Shown piece after piece: positions 37,193 through 50,461 of a stretch of 64,000 nucleotides of DNA. The notes under the pieces are model-generated. The model worked only from the letters and a program-made list of their open reading frames with translations. It had not been told where the DNA came from and did not search any database. Made by a program: the position numbers and the translations under genes. The stretch is taken from positions 91,785,997-91,849,996 of the forward strand of contig NC_068989.1 of the NCBI RefSeq assembly GCF_001194135.2, given 5' to 3'. Origin of the DNA: Octopus bimaculoides. Lineage: Eukaryota. The first letter of the stretch is position 1, and each line of letters opens with the position of its first letter.

Positions 37193-37370
37193 ATTTTCCT
37201 TTTTGGTGAAGCATTGCAGCCTGCTGTTTCCATTAATTAATGATATGTATATGCTACACACGTAGATATGATGTATGTACAAATATATATAGGCATGTAT
37301 GTATATATTTTCACAAACACACATATACACACACAGTCAAATGTGTGTGTGTTCGTGTGTGTATATAGTT

Positions 37371-37472
<102 letters not shown>

Positions 37473-38293
37473 ATCTTATTGATCCACAGAGCAACACAGT
37501 GACATCATTCATAATCAGTGTTTCCGATTGGCTACAACTGTCTGACTCCTGCCTCTTAATATGCAATGCAGGCACCCTCCTAATTTCTTAACTATTCAGA
37601 GACTACATATATATACAAACAAACAAACATACATACATACATACATACATGCATACATACATACGTACGTACATACACAACAAATTTCCCAACTGTGCTT
37701 AATCCATTCAATAACAAACACAGAAAATATATTGTTGATAAAACATGTGAATGAAACGGTAAACCAAGTGTGTATGGTATAAATTTTAGTGAGATTTGAA
37801 ACTATTCTTTGCAACAAGTTCCCCGTTGCTCGTCTAATCATTGTATTCATTTATTTGTTTATTTGCCTGTGGTGTGTATTGATACGCTTAACGCAGCGTT
37901 GAGCAGCGGCAATGGAGCAGCTACAACTCCGGAAAGTATTTACATATATTTGCCTCAACTTGAACGTTTATACTAATGTAATGGATAACAAGTGGAGAAT
38001 GTTTTATTGTATGGGCGCATGCTGTTCTGCGATTATCATTTCGATTTGGGGATAGTTTGTTTTTTGTTTCTTATTTTTAAAAGCTATTTAAAATAGACGT
38101 GTGGTTGTTTATATACTATTGTCTCTTCCCCTCTTCTCCCTTTTTCGCCATTTTCTTACTCGTATCTCTCTCTTTCTCTCTGTTTCTTTATAAGGTGTCC
38201 ATATGTGTATGGCTATATAAATATATACACACTGTGTTGCATGTTCATATAATGTGCATATATATGTGTGCGCGTGCGAGTGAATTGATAATG

Positions 38294-38378
<85 letters not shown>

Positions 38379-39904
38379 NNNNNNNNNNNNNNNNNNNNNN
38401 NNNNNNNNNNNNNNNNNNNNNNNNNNNNNNNNNNNNNNNNNNNNNNNNNNNNNNNNNNNNNNNNNNNNNNNNNNNNNNNNNNNNNNNNNNNNNNNNNNNN
38501 NNNNNNNNNNNNNNNNNNNNNNNNNNNNNNNNNNNNNNNNNNNNNNNNNNNNNNNNNNNNNNNNNNNNNNNNNNNNNNNNNNNNNNNNNNNNNNNNNNNN
38601 NNNNNNNNNNNNNNNNNNNNNNNNNNNNNNNNNNNNNNNNNNNNNNNNNNNNNNNNNNNNNNNNNNNNNNNNNNNNNNNNNNNNNNNNNNNNNNNNNNNN
38701 NNNNNNNNNNNNNNNNNNNNNNNNNNNNNNNNNNNNNNNNNNNNNNNNNNNNNNNNNNNNNNNNNNNNNNNNNNNNNNNNNNNNNNNNNNNNNNNNNNNN
38801 NNNNNNNNNNNNNNNNNNNNNNNNNNNNNNNNNNNNNNNNNNNNNNNNNNNNNNNNNNNNNNNNNNNNNNNNNNNNNNNNNNNNNNNNNNNNNNNNNNNN
38901 NNNNNNNNNNNNNNNNNNNNNNNNNNNNNNNNNNNNNNNNNNNNNNNNNNNNNNNNNNNNNNNNNNNNNNNNNNNNNNNNNNNNNNNNNNNNNNNNNNNN
39001 NNNNNNNNNNNNNNNNNNNNNNNNNNNNNNNNNNNNNNNTATATATATATATATATATATATGGGGGTTGTATATGTGTATATATACAAAAATAAATGAA
39101 TGAACTGCTATATGGACAAATGGATCAACTGAAGTATGGATGTAAAGATGTAGGTTTGATTTTGTTGTGTTTACAGTTAGATATTTATTGAAACATTATT
39201 ACTCGTAAATCATTTCCTCTTGTGCGTTTATGCCACATTTGTATATCGGCATTTATATATCGGCATTGTTGCGATCCTCTGCACCTTTTGTGCTTGGATT
39301 GCGTTGAATCTGCCGTAATACTAGGGCATGTTGACCGGTTCACTGTGAATCGGGATTCTTATCCGCTCAACCGGACACATTTTCCGTTCATTAGATAAGA
39401 AAATGATATTTTTTTTTCATTATTCTAAACGACTTAACATCACTTCCAAGTTTCTCTAAGTGAGATTTGGCCATTGTACACCACACAGTAAGTGAGTAAA
39501 AATAAATGAATAAATAAATATAAATATATAAACTTTACACGCTCACCGAAAATCAAACGAGAATGCAATATGAAACTGCGTATTATTTTGCCAAAAATTA
39601 TTTCAAGCATGAATGCATGTCTCTTCTTTTATCAATCGTTGAAAAGCTCCCTAATAAATAATAAAGCTACAAAACCGATCTGAAATTAAGACACAGGACT
39701 CCTTAATGTAAATTTAGTCATAAATAATAGCAATCTAGACGGCTTCATGGAAGCTTTTAGAAAATCATTCTTCTAATCACTATTGTCCTCCTTAGAGCTG
39801 AGATTCGCATAATTTCACAAATGATAACTTTGTTCGATATTCTTTAGAAATGGCCTTTCTCATATCTATCTTCCTATCTATCTATCTGTCTGTCTATCTA
39901 TCTA

Positions 39905-39951
<47 letters not shown>

Positions 39952-40092
39952 CTCTCACTCTATCTTTCTATCTATCTAGGTATGTATACACACACACACA
40001 CACATATATATCTCTATATATAAAAATACATATATGTATGGATATACATGCATAAAAATATTAACGTATATATACACATATATGTATATATT

Positions 40093-40132
<40 letters not shown>

Positions 40133-40917
40133 TGTGCGTGTGTGTATACAAATGAACATTCACATGTGCATCTGCATATAATTGTATATATACATATATA
40201 TATACATATACATACATAATATATATTATATATATATAATATATTATTTATATATATGTATGATATATTATATATATCAAATGACTGAAATAAGTAAAAG
40301 AGTAAAAGAGTTACATATAAACGATATCATACATATACGCATTGGAAGTTTATATAGCGGTAGGTCGATATATTTGTTTTCCCTTCTCTGGGAAGCCATT
40401 AAATACATAACATAAATATACTTTCAGTAATTATATTTATTTTCCCTTGTGCTTTATGTTTAAGTAGCCAGCAAATCTATTACGGGGCTTCGGTTCGATT
40501 CTCCGTTGAGGAATTTTAGCAACTCTTTTCAACCTTAGTTAATGATAGAGCGAATCTTTATGCATGAGATTTAACATCAACCCCGCTGAAAACTGTTCAG
40601 TTGGTCTCTTTGTTCACGGATGTTAGGCTTCATCAATCATCCACTGAACACAATCACCTGATTTTTGGGTAACTTCAGCGCAGTCCACTATAATGCAAGC
40701 GCAAATGCCAGATCTGTTACCTAAGCATAATTCAAATCATTCTTCTGTGTGTGATAACAAAAGCGTGTGTCAGTTACCTTCGTACCCTCACTAAGCAAGA
40801 GACAAGAAAAATTAAGCATAATTTCTGACCTTAAACTGGTGTATAACATCGAAATTTATTGCTACATTGTTTTTAAAGGTTAGATTGGAGTATCTCTGAA
40901 CTTACAAATCTTGTTTA

Positions 40918-40992
40918 AGTAGATGACACTTATCCAAGGTGCCACGCCGTGGGAATGAACCCGGAACCATGTGGTTGGGAAGCAAGCTTCTT
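40918..40992 (-). mobile_element. Family-B SINE head fragment
   Basis: CCAAGGTGCCACGCCGTGGGAATGAACCCGGAACCATGTGGTTGGGAAGCAAGCTTCTT. Confidence 0.85.
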
Positions 40993-41094
40993 GAATAAGT
41001 TTCATTGATATCCCCATCGTTTTTAAAACTTACAAACTAAATAATTTGCACAAACACGCTCCGATTTATAATAATATCCAAAAGAAGAGATTCA

Positions 41095-41183
41095 CTTTAT
41101 TATTATTTAGATCACTACCGGGAATCGAACTCGGAATCTTGGGGTTAGTAGCCCGCGTTCTTAACCACTACGCCATATGCCCG
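41095..41183 (-). mobile_element. Short tRNA-like SINE / pseudo-tRNA with (AAT)-type tail
   Basis: GGGCATATGGCGTAGTGGTTAAG...GAGTTCGATTCCCGG has A and B boxes, but no acceptor-stem pairing. Confidence 0.75.
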
Positions 41184-41581
41184 TACAAAGCAGCAATGAG
41201 AAAATATACTGCATCATCAATAGTTGAAACCACATATTTTTCTAAATGTACAAAAATGCGTGGCATATTTGGTTTGGCTCTGATTGTAAAATACTTCTAC
41301 TAAATCTATAATTAGCGAAGGTCATTCTGTCGTTACGAAACCCTGTTCAGTAACACTAGCAGAGCCAACATGAGAAATATCTAATGTGAATGTCCTACTA
41401 GTTTTCAAGAAAAAAATATAGGAAATGCATGCCACATTACACGTTTTACGTTGTCATACATAATTGTGATAGAAATGACGGAACCTCTTTCGTGAATAAA
41501 TATCAACTAATAATAGACATGATATTTATTACAAAGCATCACATACAGGGTTGGCCAACAGTCATCCAACAGTAAATCAAA

Positions 41582-42302
41582 TCATATTCTCAGTCCGAAC
41601 TCCATTCTGATATCAGTACTGAAGGTATACACCATATCAACGAGGGAACTGACTTGGGCTTCATCTTTACCATAAAGTTTGAGGTCATCCATGAATAACA
41701 AATGGTTGACTTTTTGTTGGCGGCTTTTGAATACATACCCAGCTTTTGATTTTCTCAGAATCAGTGTTAGTGGCATCAAGCACAGTACAAAGATCAGTGC
41801 GGACAGGCAGTCCCCTTGGAAGATGCCCTTCCTGATTTGTACTGTCCCTAAACTTCTTCCGTATGCTGTCAGTTCCGTCCTCTAATTTGCCATACTTTCT
41901 CCAAGCAATCACTCAACATTCGATGCAATACCAAATTGGTTCATACTTTCCATTATCCAAGAATGTGGTATCATATCGTACGCCTTACAATAACCAATCC
42001 ATGACATGGTTAAGTTAGTTTTCCTCGTTTTGCAGTCTCTAAGTACAGTTTTGTCTACCAGGAGTTGACCCTTGGTACCTCTGCACTTACGCTTGCAACC
42101 CTTCTGCTCATGTGGCAGGAGTCCTTTTTTTTTTTCCAGATGTCCCTATATTGACTCTGCGAATATTCCAGTCAATAACTTTCACATAAGTGGCAAACAG
42201 GATATTGGCCTCTAATTCTCTACCGTATTGCCATTTTCCATGTTTTTTCAGGCACAGCACTGTCCTACTCAATGTCAACCACTCTGGTGTTACTTGGTCA
42301 GC
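41582..42302 (-). mobile_element. Reverse-transcriptase fragment of an R4/Dong-like non-LTR retrotransposon (pseudogenised)
   Basis: PEWLT..RTVL, EQKGC...[40 protein letters not shown] and NHLLFMDDLKLY, with stops and frameshifts. The 5' break abuts an (AAT)n/(AAC)n tract. Confidence 0.92.
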
Positions 42303-42318
42303 ATTATTATTATTGTTG

Positions 42319-42362
<44 letters not shown>

Positions 42363-42414
42363 GTTGTTGTTGTTGTTGTTGTTGTTGTTATTGTTGTTGT
42401 TGTTCGTAGTAGAA

Positions 42415-42461
<47 letters not shown>

Positions 42462-42981
42462 TGTAGTTGTTGTTGTAGCAGCAGCAGTAACGGCATCAAT
42501 GTTGGCAACAATTGCAGCAGCTGCAATAGCATGCATATTAATATTGATAATCTGCCAGTACTTAATCAACCCATGCGTGATAAAAGGTACCCAAGCATCA
42601 TTTACCTAAATTGTCAGAGCATAGCAAATGTTTTGGTAAACCTCTTACTTTGGTAGGGAGAATGGAATTAGTGAATTTCCAAATGAATACAGATCAGGGG
42701 TCTTAATATATACAGTATTGGAGTATTGCATTATTGCAGAATGATAATTTCCTTTTTAAACCGGGGGCTATATCCTATATCGAGGAAAGATACGCTCTCA
42801 CTACATATATATGTGTGTGCCCACGTGTGTGTGTGCCTGTGTGTGTATGTGTCCATGTGTGTGTCCGTGTGTGTGTGTGTGTGTGTTTGTGTGTGTGAGT
42901 TTGTGTGTGTGTGTACAAAGCATTAGAAAACATTAAAAGTATAATACGAAAACCTGTTGCTTTATATATAGATACAAATAA

Positions 42982-43142
42982 AGGTGCAGGAGTGGGTGTG
43001 TGGTAAGTAGATTGGCAACCAACCACATGGTTCGGATTCAGCCCTACTGCGTGGCACCTTGCGAGAGTGTCTTCAAATATAGCCTTGGCGGACCAAAGAC
43101 TTGTCAGTGGATATAGTAGAAGGAAACTGAAAGAAGCCAGTC

Positions 43143-43143
<1 letters not shown>
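42982..43143 (+). mobile_element. Family-B SINE 5' half ending in (TA)n
   Basis: GGTGCAGGAGTGGGTGTGTGGTAAG...GCGTGGCACCTTG...GGAAACTGAAAGAAGCCAGTCG. Confidence 0.88.
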
Positions 43144-43185
<42 letters not shown>

Positions 43186-43433
43186 TATATATATAGAGAG
43201 AGAGAAGCACAATATATACATGTGTATGTATGTGTATATATATATATATATGTATATATATGTATATGCATGCGTGTAATGTTTCTCTATTAACACAGAT
43301 AAATTTGCGAGATGTGCACTATCTTAATGAGTAAACATTTATATGGCGAAATGCGATGTGGATGTGTGTTTGCTTGTGTGTATGTGTATTACCGTAATGC
43401 GTATGTGTGTATTCTCTACATAGATGCATACAG

Positions 43434-43477
<44 letters not shown>

Positions 43478-43547
43478 CACGCCTACACACTCACAAACAG
43501 ACGTACAGACGCACACACATATGTATAAGTAAGTATACGTATGTATG

Positions 43548-43578
<31 letters not shown>

Positions 43579-43638
43579 ATATAGATGCTTTTATATGTAT
43601 ATGTACACATGAATTTGTACATGTACGTATATATTGTG

Positions 43639-43681
<43 letters not shown>

Positions 43682-44493
43682 NNNNNNNNNNNNNNNNNNN
43701 NNNNNNNNNNNNNNNNNNNNNNNNNNNNNNNNNNNNNNNNNNNNNNNNNNNNNNNNNNNNNNNNNNNNNNNNNNNNNNNNNNNNNNNNNNNNNNNNNNNN
43801 NNNNNNNNNNNNNNNNNNNNNNNNNNNNNNNNNNNNNNNNNNNNNNNNNNNNNNNNNNNNNNNNNNNNNNNNNNNNNNNNNNNNNNNNNNNNNNNNNNNN
43901 NNNNNNNNNNNNNNNNNNNNNNNNNNNNNNNNNNNNNNNNNNNNNNNNNNNNNNNNNNNNNNNNNNNNNNNNNNNNNNNNNNNNNNNNNNNNNNNNNNNN
44001 NNNNNNNNNNNNNNNNNNNNNNNNNNNNNNNNNNNNNNNNNNNNNNNNNNNNNNNNNNNNNNNNNNNNNNNNNNNNNNNNNNNNNNNNNNNNNNNNNNNN
44101 NNNNNNNNNNNNNNNNNNNNNNNNNNNNNNNNNNNNNNNNNNNNNNNNNNNNNNNNNNNNNNNNNNNNNNNNNNNNNNNNNNNNNNNNNNNNNNNNNNNN
44201 NNNNNNNNNNNNNNNNNNNNNNNNNNNNNNNNNNNNNNNNNNNNNNNNNNNNNNNNNNNNNNNNNNNNNNNNNNNNNNNNNNNNNNNNNNNNNNNNNNNN
44301 NNNNNNNNNNNNNNNNNNNNNNNNNNNNNNNNNNNNNNNNNNNNNNNNNNNNNNNNNNNNNNNNNNNNNNNNNNNNNNNNNNNNNNNNNNNNNNNNNNNN
44401 NNNNNNNNNNNNNNNNNNNNNNNNNNNNNNNNNNNNNNNNNNNNNNNNNNNNNNNNNNNNNNNNNNNNNNNNNNNNNNNNNNNNNNNNNNNNN

Positions 44494-44547
<54 letters not shown>

Positions 44548-44829
44548 GAGAGAGAGAGATTGTTATAATTTAGTCGGATTAAAGTTGGGAATCGATGAAA
44601 AATGTTCAGAATTAGCGAATTGGAAGGTGCCGTCTTCCTTCAGAACAATGCTAATCTTCATATTTCCTTGCTGGAAGATAAGAAACAAGATCTAGTTTTC
44701 TTTATTAGCGCTGGGTTTAACGAACGGAAATCTGAAATCGTGTTGCTCCATACAGTCAAAGAGAAAGTAATACGAATAAGAATGACGGACAATGATATCT
44801 AATCGTATTGTTAACGTCGTTGCATGAAA

Positions 44830-45040
44830 GCTGCAAGCTGGTGGAATCGTTACCTCACCGGGAAAATTGACTAGCGGCATTTCGTTTGTCTTTACATTCT
44901 GAGCTCAATATCTGCCGAGGATATTAAACGTAGATTTTTCTCCTCTCGAGGCCGACAAAATAAGTACCAGTTGTTCAGTGGAGTACATCTCGCCGAGTAA
45001 CACCCCACCTCGAGCTTGTTGGTCTTGTAACAAAATTTTT
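44830..45040 (+). mobile_element. Family-A SINE, highly diverged
   Basis: GAATCGTTA..CACCGGG.AAA...TTACATTCTGAG...CGACAAAATAAGTACCAGTTG. Confidence 0.65.
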
Positions 45041-46502
45041 AACGAATATGATTTTCAAGATTTGGAGGAGTTAATCAATCGAATACACACATTGTTTGTA
45101 AAGTTTTATTTGTGATCACCAAAACGAAATAAAAATATTTCAAAATACGCGATTGAGATCTTTTATCTAATGGAATGGTAATTGTTTTGTCGTTTTCTTC
45201 TGCGAAAATTACTCGTACTTTTTAACATATTTCTGGTGAAAATCATTTTCTCCATTTAATTATAAGAACGAAATAGAACAAACGAAATTTCAACAAATAT
45301 ATTATCTCCTCATCCGAAAACTATAATTTCTTAATTTAAACTTCAATTCAGCATAGCTTACGTGGCAAATAACTATTTTAATTTTCTCCTCTTTAAAAAC
45401 AATTTAGTATGCTAGTCACCTCTCATTGAAAACAAATTAACACAAATCGACACAACATCTAAAATTTTTAAAATCTAGGATCTTTCTTTATGATTATAGT
45501 CCTTTCTAAATACATTTACGTTTTCCGCTCAAATTTAAACATAATTATAAGGCTCTCCTGAAATTAAAATTAAACAATTTCAAACAAAATTCCGTTTGCC
45601 TATTTACATTCATTTAGTTCTCTGTAATTTCACATAACTATTCATTAGAAGCAACCTAAAGCAAATCTACTCTTGGCAATGTGACACATTCCAACAATTG
45701 TTATTTTCATTAAACAGGCTCTCTGTAACAGTATCCTTTTGATTATAGAATTTTTTCATAATCTTTTTAAAATTTGTTTTAATTTTTCCATCAGTTCAGA
45801 TTTATACTCAAAGATATATATCTCATATACGAGAAAAATGTTTCGTACTATAACAAATTCTAAATATTTCATAAGCTGTACCTCATTAAAATAAAAATAA
45901 GCATGATGTCCACACAATAGCTGTTATACTTATCTTTATAGTCATATGTATGTTCGTATGTATGTGTGCAGCTATATATGCCTGTGTGTTTGTTTACAGT
46001 CATGCTATCACATTTGGCAGGTTTCACCTGTGGTTAGATATTTCAGAAAATAAATTTTAACACAGGAAAATACAATTAACCAGCTACAGCCCATATGCGT
46101 ATACATGCACGCATACAGTCACGCATAGGTATACAAATACATGCATATATACGTACACGCACATACACATACACACATGTATGTATATAAAATTATACAT
46201 ATATAACACGGTGTTCGCATCCATTTTAAGCGTGCATTAAACCTGGAAAAGATGCTGATGAAGTGTAATGAGGATGACTGTTCTTAATTATTAATTTGAT
46301 AATCGGTAGATGGGAGGGGATGGGTGCGTGGAGATAGTCAAGTAAATAGGTAAGTAGGTAAATACGTAGGCAGATAAAGTGGTGGCTAGATATGTAGGTA
46401 AATGGGTAGTACGGTAGACATGCACATACACACACACACAAACACGAAAGTGCACACACGCGCAAGGAGACAGAAATATGCGACTATACATACACACACA
46501 CA

Positions 46503-46872
46503 TTGGTAGACGGAAACTGAAAGAAGCCCGCCGTATATATATATATATATATATATATATACTTTNNNNNNNNNNAGTAGCAGAAATATAACAAAAAAAC
46601 CGTTACTCTGAGTTTCACGTTCCCGTTCATCGGACAGTTTTGTTATATATATGTGTGTGTGTTTGTGTGTATATGTTCGTGTCTCTGTGTTTGTTCCTGC
46701 AGTGGTGTGTTTACGTCCCCGTAACGTAGCGGTTCGGCATAAGCGACTGATAGTATAAGTACTGGGCTTTCAAAGAATAAGTCCTGGGGTCGATTTGCTC
46801 GACTAAAGTCGGTGCTCCAGTATGGCCACACTCAAATGACTGAAACAAGTAAAAGAGTAAAAAAAGTAAAGA
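46503..46872 (+). mobile_element. Family-B SINE (middle + tail) with an insertion in its internal microsatellite
   Basis: GGTAGACGGAAACTGAAAGAAGCCCGCCG, then (TA)n, an insert at 46576-46650, then the tail GTGTGTTTACGTCCCCGTAAC...GACTGAAACAAGTAAAAGAG. Confidence 0.88.
46587..46648 (-). ncRNA. Minimal hammerhead-like motif with U4C core change and long stem I
   Basis: AUAUAACAAAACUGU CCGAUGA ACG-GGAA-CGU GAAA CUC-A-GAG U A^ACGGUUUUUUUGUUAUAU. Confidence 0.6.
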
Positions 46873-47642
46873 GTATATATATATATATATATAAATAATT
46901 TTCTTTTCTTTATTTATTTGTTTAAAAAAAATTTAATTTGTAAATATTATACTAATATTTTTTCATGCAGAACTACATTTCATCAAAAAATTCTCTCCAA
47001 AATCGAATGTTTGAAAGAAAAGGGGAGACAGTGCGTTTTGTATTCTAGATGTAACTCAAAGAGGAGAAAACACCTTTTTTTTGAAGAGGTCACCATTCTT
47101 AAACCCATTCTAAATGAATAAATGGTGAATAGGTAGAGGGCTCCTCTCTCTCTCTCTCTGTCCCTCTCTCTCCCTCCCCACTCTCTCTCTCTCCCTCTCT
47201 CTATCTCTCTACCTATCAATATTTCTATCTATTCATCTCGTGTCACTGGAACTTCACCCTCCACCCCCAAAAAACAATGTATTCTTCTTCAAAATAAAAA
47301 AAAAAACATCTGTTTTCTATAAATGAACAAGCTGTTTATACATTCACAAAAGTTTATTTGACAAGTTCGAGAAAGGAACTAAAGCGCTAATAATAACGAA
47401 TAAATAAAAAGATTTTTTTCCAAAATTCTGACGACGTTTTTTCCCCAATATTCAATTTCTGTACATCACACCTAACACTCTATACATATATACATATATG
47501 TGTGTGTGTGTGTGTGTGTATACATACATATATGTATGTATGTATGTGTATATGTATGTATGTATACATACATATATGTCAATATGTGCTTGCTTTGTGT
47601 GAATAGGTATGTATGAACCTACATATCGATGTAAGAATTTTT

Positions 47643-47914
47643 GGAGTGAAGCCCAGTGGCTAGGGCATTCGGCTCGGGTTCGTAAGGGCATGAGTTCGAC
47701 TCTCGGTTCTTCTGCAACTTATTTCATTTCACGTTGCTCCAGTCCAAAAATGTATTGTACCAGTAATTCAAAAGGGATCAGCCTTGCCGCATACTGTGTC
47801 ACGCTGAACCTCGCTGAGAACTAAGTTAAACTTATGCTCAGCTTAATTTCACGAGGAACCTGATCCGTTGATCGGATCAACTGGAACCCTCGTCGTCGTC
47901 ACCGACGGAGTACC
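47643..47914 (+). mobile_element. Family-C SINE
   Basis: Shares GAGTTCGA, TTTCACGTTGCTCCAGTC, CTGAGAACTA and GTTGATCGGATC..CTGGAACCCT with 20685 and 55901. Confidence 0.8.
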
Positions 47915-48279
47915 ACACACTTATGTAAGTATATTTAGCTGCCAAATAGAGATTTGTATGAAAAGTAAATACGCCTCTAAGAAAACTAGTAAACCGTGGC
48001 AGATTGAATGACAAAAATAATTTTAAGAATAACGAAATACACCCACCAGAATCTTCGCTCGCATCCGCGCCACCACCATCAATATCAACAAGGAACGATA
48101 ACATCAATATCATCATTGAGGTGTATATAATATTAAATAGCTGATCCTTGAAATAAATGCTTCAAGTTTTTTTTCTCCTCTAGCGGAAGATTGAGATATA
48201 AACCATTAAAATCGAAAATCAATTTCTCTACGTATTGTTGCATTAAAAAGGATAATGCTAAACATAATTATAGAGGGCG

Positions 48280-48475
48280 GCGTCGAGGATGACGATGACA
48301 GCGATGATGATGATGACGACAACGACGACGATGACAAAGATGATGATGATGATGATGATGATATTGCTGCTGCTGTTGGTAATGATTGTGATGATGGTTA
48401 TGATGACGAAAACAATGATGCGGCTGGTGGTGGTGGTGAGGTTATGATGATGATGATGAAGATGATGATGATGAC

Positions 48476-48531
<56 letters not shown>

Positions 48532-48770
48532 CGATGGCGACTACGACGACGACGAAGAAGTTGACGATGATGATGGTGTTGCTGCTGGTGCTGATGATGA
48601 TTGTTCTGACGATTGCGAAGACGAAAACAATGATGGTAATAATGGTGAAATGGTGGTGGTGGTGATGGCCATGGTGGTAGTGTGCATGATGATAATAATA
48701 TTAATGGAGACAGGCGAATGAGTTGATGATGACGACAATGATGATGATGATAATGATGATGATGATGATA
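48280..48770. repeat. (GAT)n/(GAC)n/(GGT)n trinucleotide mosaic
   Basis: Direct reading. Confidence 0.92.
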
Positions 48771-49084
48771 TCTGGTTTTAGATTAATCTTCACCCTATAG
48801 ACAAAACATCAGTATTAGATATGCCAATCCAAATTAAAAAAAGAGCAATTGACGGGTATGTGGCTGCTATTTCTAGCGCGTCAAGTGACCGCCATTGGTT
48901 GGTACCGATATTGTTAATAGCATATGGCTCATATAAAACGGTTGTTGACATCTGAACAGCGTTTCCGACTTTGCACTTATCACGTGACCTTTTGTTTTCG
49001 TATTATGAACATATACTAATCTCGTCTCTACAACATCCTTGGTTTCACTGCTCATCCATTTCTTACCTTAAAACTGTAATGGCT

Positions 49085-49670
49085 ATCAGCATTTCGACGG
49101 TTCTTACTTTTCTGAGTTCAAATACCGCCGAAGCCGACTTTGCCTTTCATCCTTTCGGGGGTCGGTAAATAAAGAAGCAGTTAAACGCTGAGGTCTATGA
49201 AATAAACGAATTCGCCCCTCCCGCTGACGTTTACGCCTTGTGTCTATAGCAGAAAGGATGAATAAGGCTGTGGGTGAATAGAATCATTGGCATGCCGGAG
49301 AAAATGCTTAGTGATATTTCGTCCGTTTTTGAAATTCCACCAAGGTCGACTTTTCCATTCAGCATTTCGGAATCGACAAAATAAGTACCACAGGGATCAG
49401 TTTAACCGGCTAATCCTTCTCCACCGCGAACCTGTTGTCCTTGTATCAAACTTTAAAACCATTACAAGGGCGATAAGCTAGCGGAACGTTGGTGCGCCGG
49501 AAAAAATGCACCGTTTATTTCCACTCATTACATTCTGGGTTCAAAGACCGATGATGTCATTTTTTCTTTTTTTCTTTTCGGGATCGATAAAATAAGTACC
49601 AGTCGAGCACTAAAATCGATGTAATCATCTTACCATTTTCACCAGAACTTCAGGCCTTGTGTCTAAATTA
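49085..49670 (+). mobile_element. Head-to-tail array of three diverged family-A SINEs
   Basis: Family-A motifs recur at ~49085-49260, ~49280-49460 and ~49470-49670. Confidence 0.75.
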
Positions 49671-50053
49671 ACCAAAATTTTCTTGCAATATTTACAACCT
49701 CAGATTATTAAAGACACCTGTATATCAGAGAAATAATGATTAATCTGTTAGGGACGAACATAAACCTGATAAACCTGCCCGAATATTGATCTGTGATTTT
49801 TCGATCTATGTATCAATGTACTTACTGTAAGTACATATATACATGCCTTTAAAACACTGATACACGCCTCTATATTGATATATACACATTGATACAACTA
49901 TGAAATATATATTTCCCTCAATCAACCCTTTTTATTATCATGTTTTAGATTTTAATTTGATTTTCCTTCTATATTAAGCATTCTGGCAGAGCTCTGCGCC
50001 AGAAAATATTTTCGTTTATTTGGCATACATTTATTTCTCCATTTCCGACATCA

Positions 50054-50084
<31 letters not shown>

Positions 50085-50430
50085 TGTATGTATGTATGTA
50101 TGTGTGTATGTGTGTATGTATGTATGTATGTATGTATGAATGTATGTATGTATATATGTATGTATGTATGTATGCATGTATGTATGTATGCATGTATGTA
50201 TGTTTGAATACATACATACGCAAACACATCCACATACAAACGCACACACACACATTTCATATATATATGTATGTAAAACTTTATATACTTACAAACAGAT
50301 GTATATATATATATATATATAAACATACATAAATGCATACATACATGCGCACAAATACATGTGTCTAAATATTTATGTATGTATGTGTGTGTGAGTGTAT
50401 GTGTGTACATTGATAGATAAATAGGCAGAT

Positions 50431-50461
<31 letters not shown>

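Noticed and set aside
41110-41183. Functional tRNA gene
   Set aside because: A and B boxes are present but the acceptor stem does not pair and an (AAT)-type tail follows. Treated as a SINE or pseudo-tRNA.
44563-44670. Minus-strand candidate terminal exon QGNMKISIVLKEDGTFQFANSEHFSSIPNFNPTKL*
   Set aside because: Good acceptor but only 35 codons and no homology. Within chance expectation for 64 kb.
48255-48665. 136-aa poly-D/poly-M ORF
   Set aside because: Translation of a (GAT)n mosaic.
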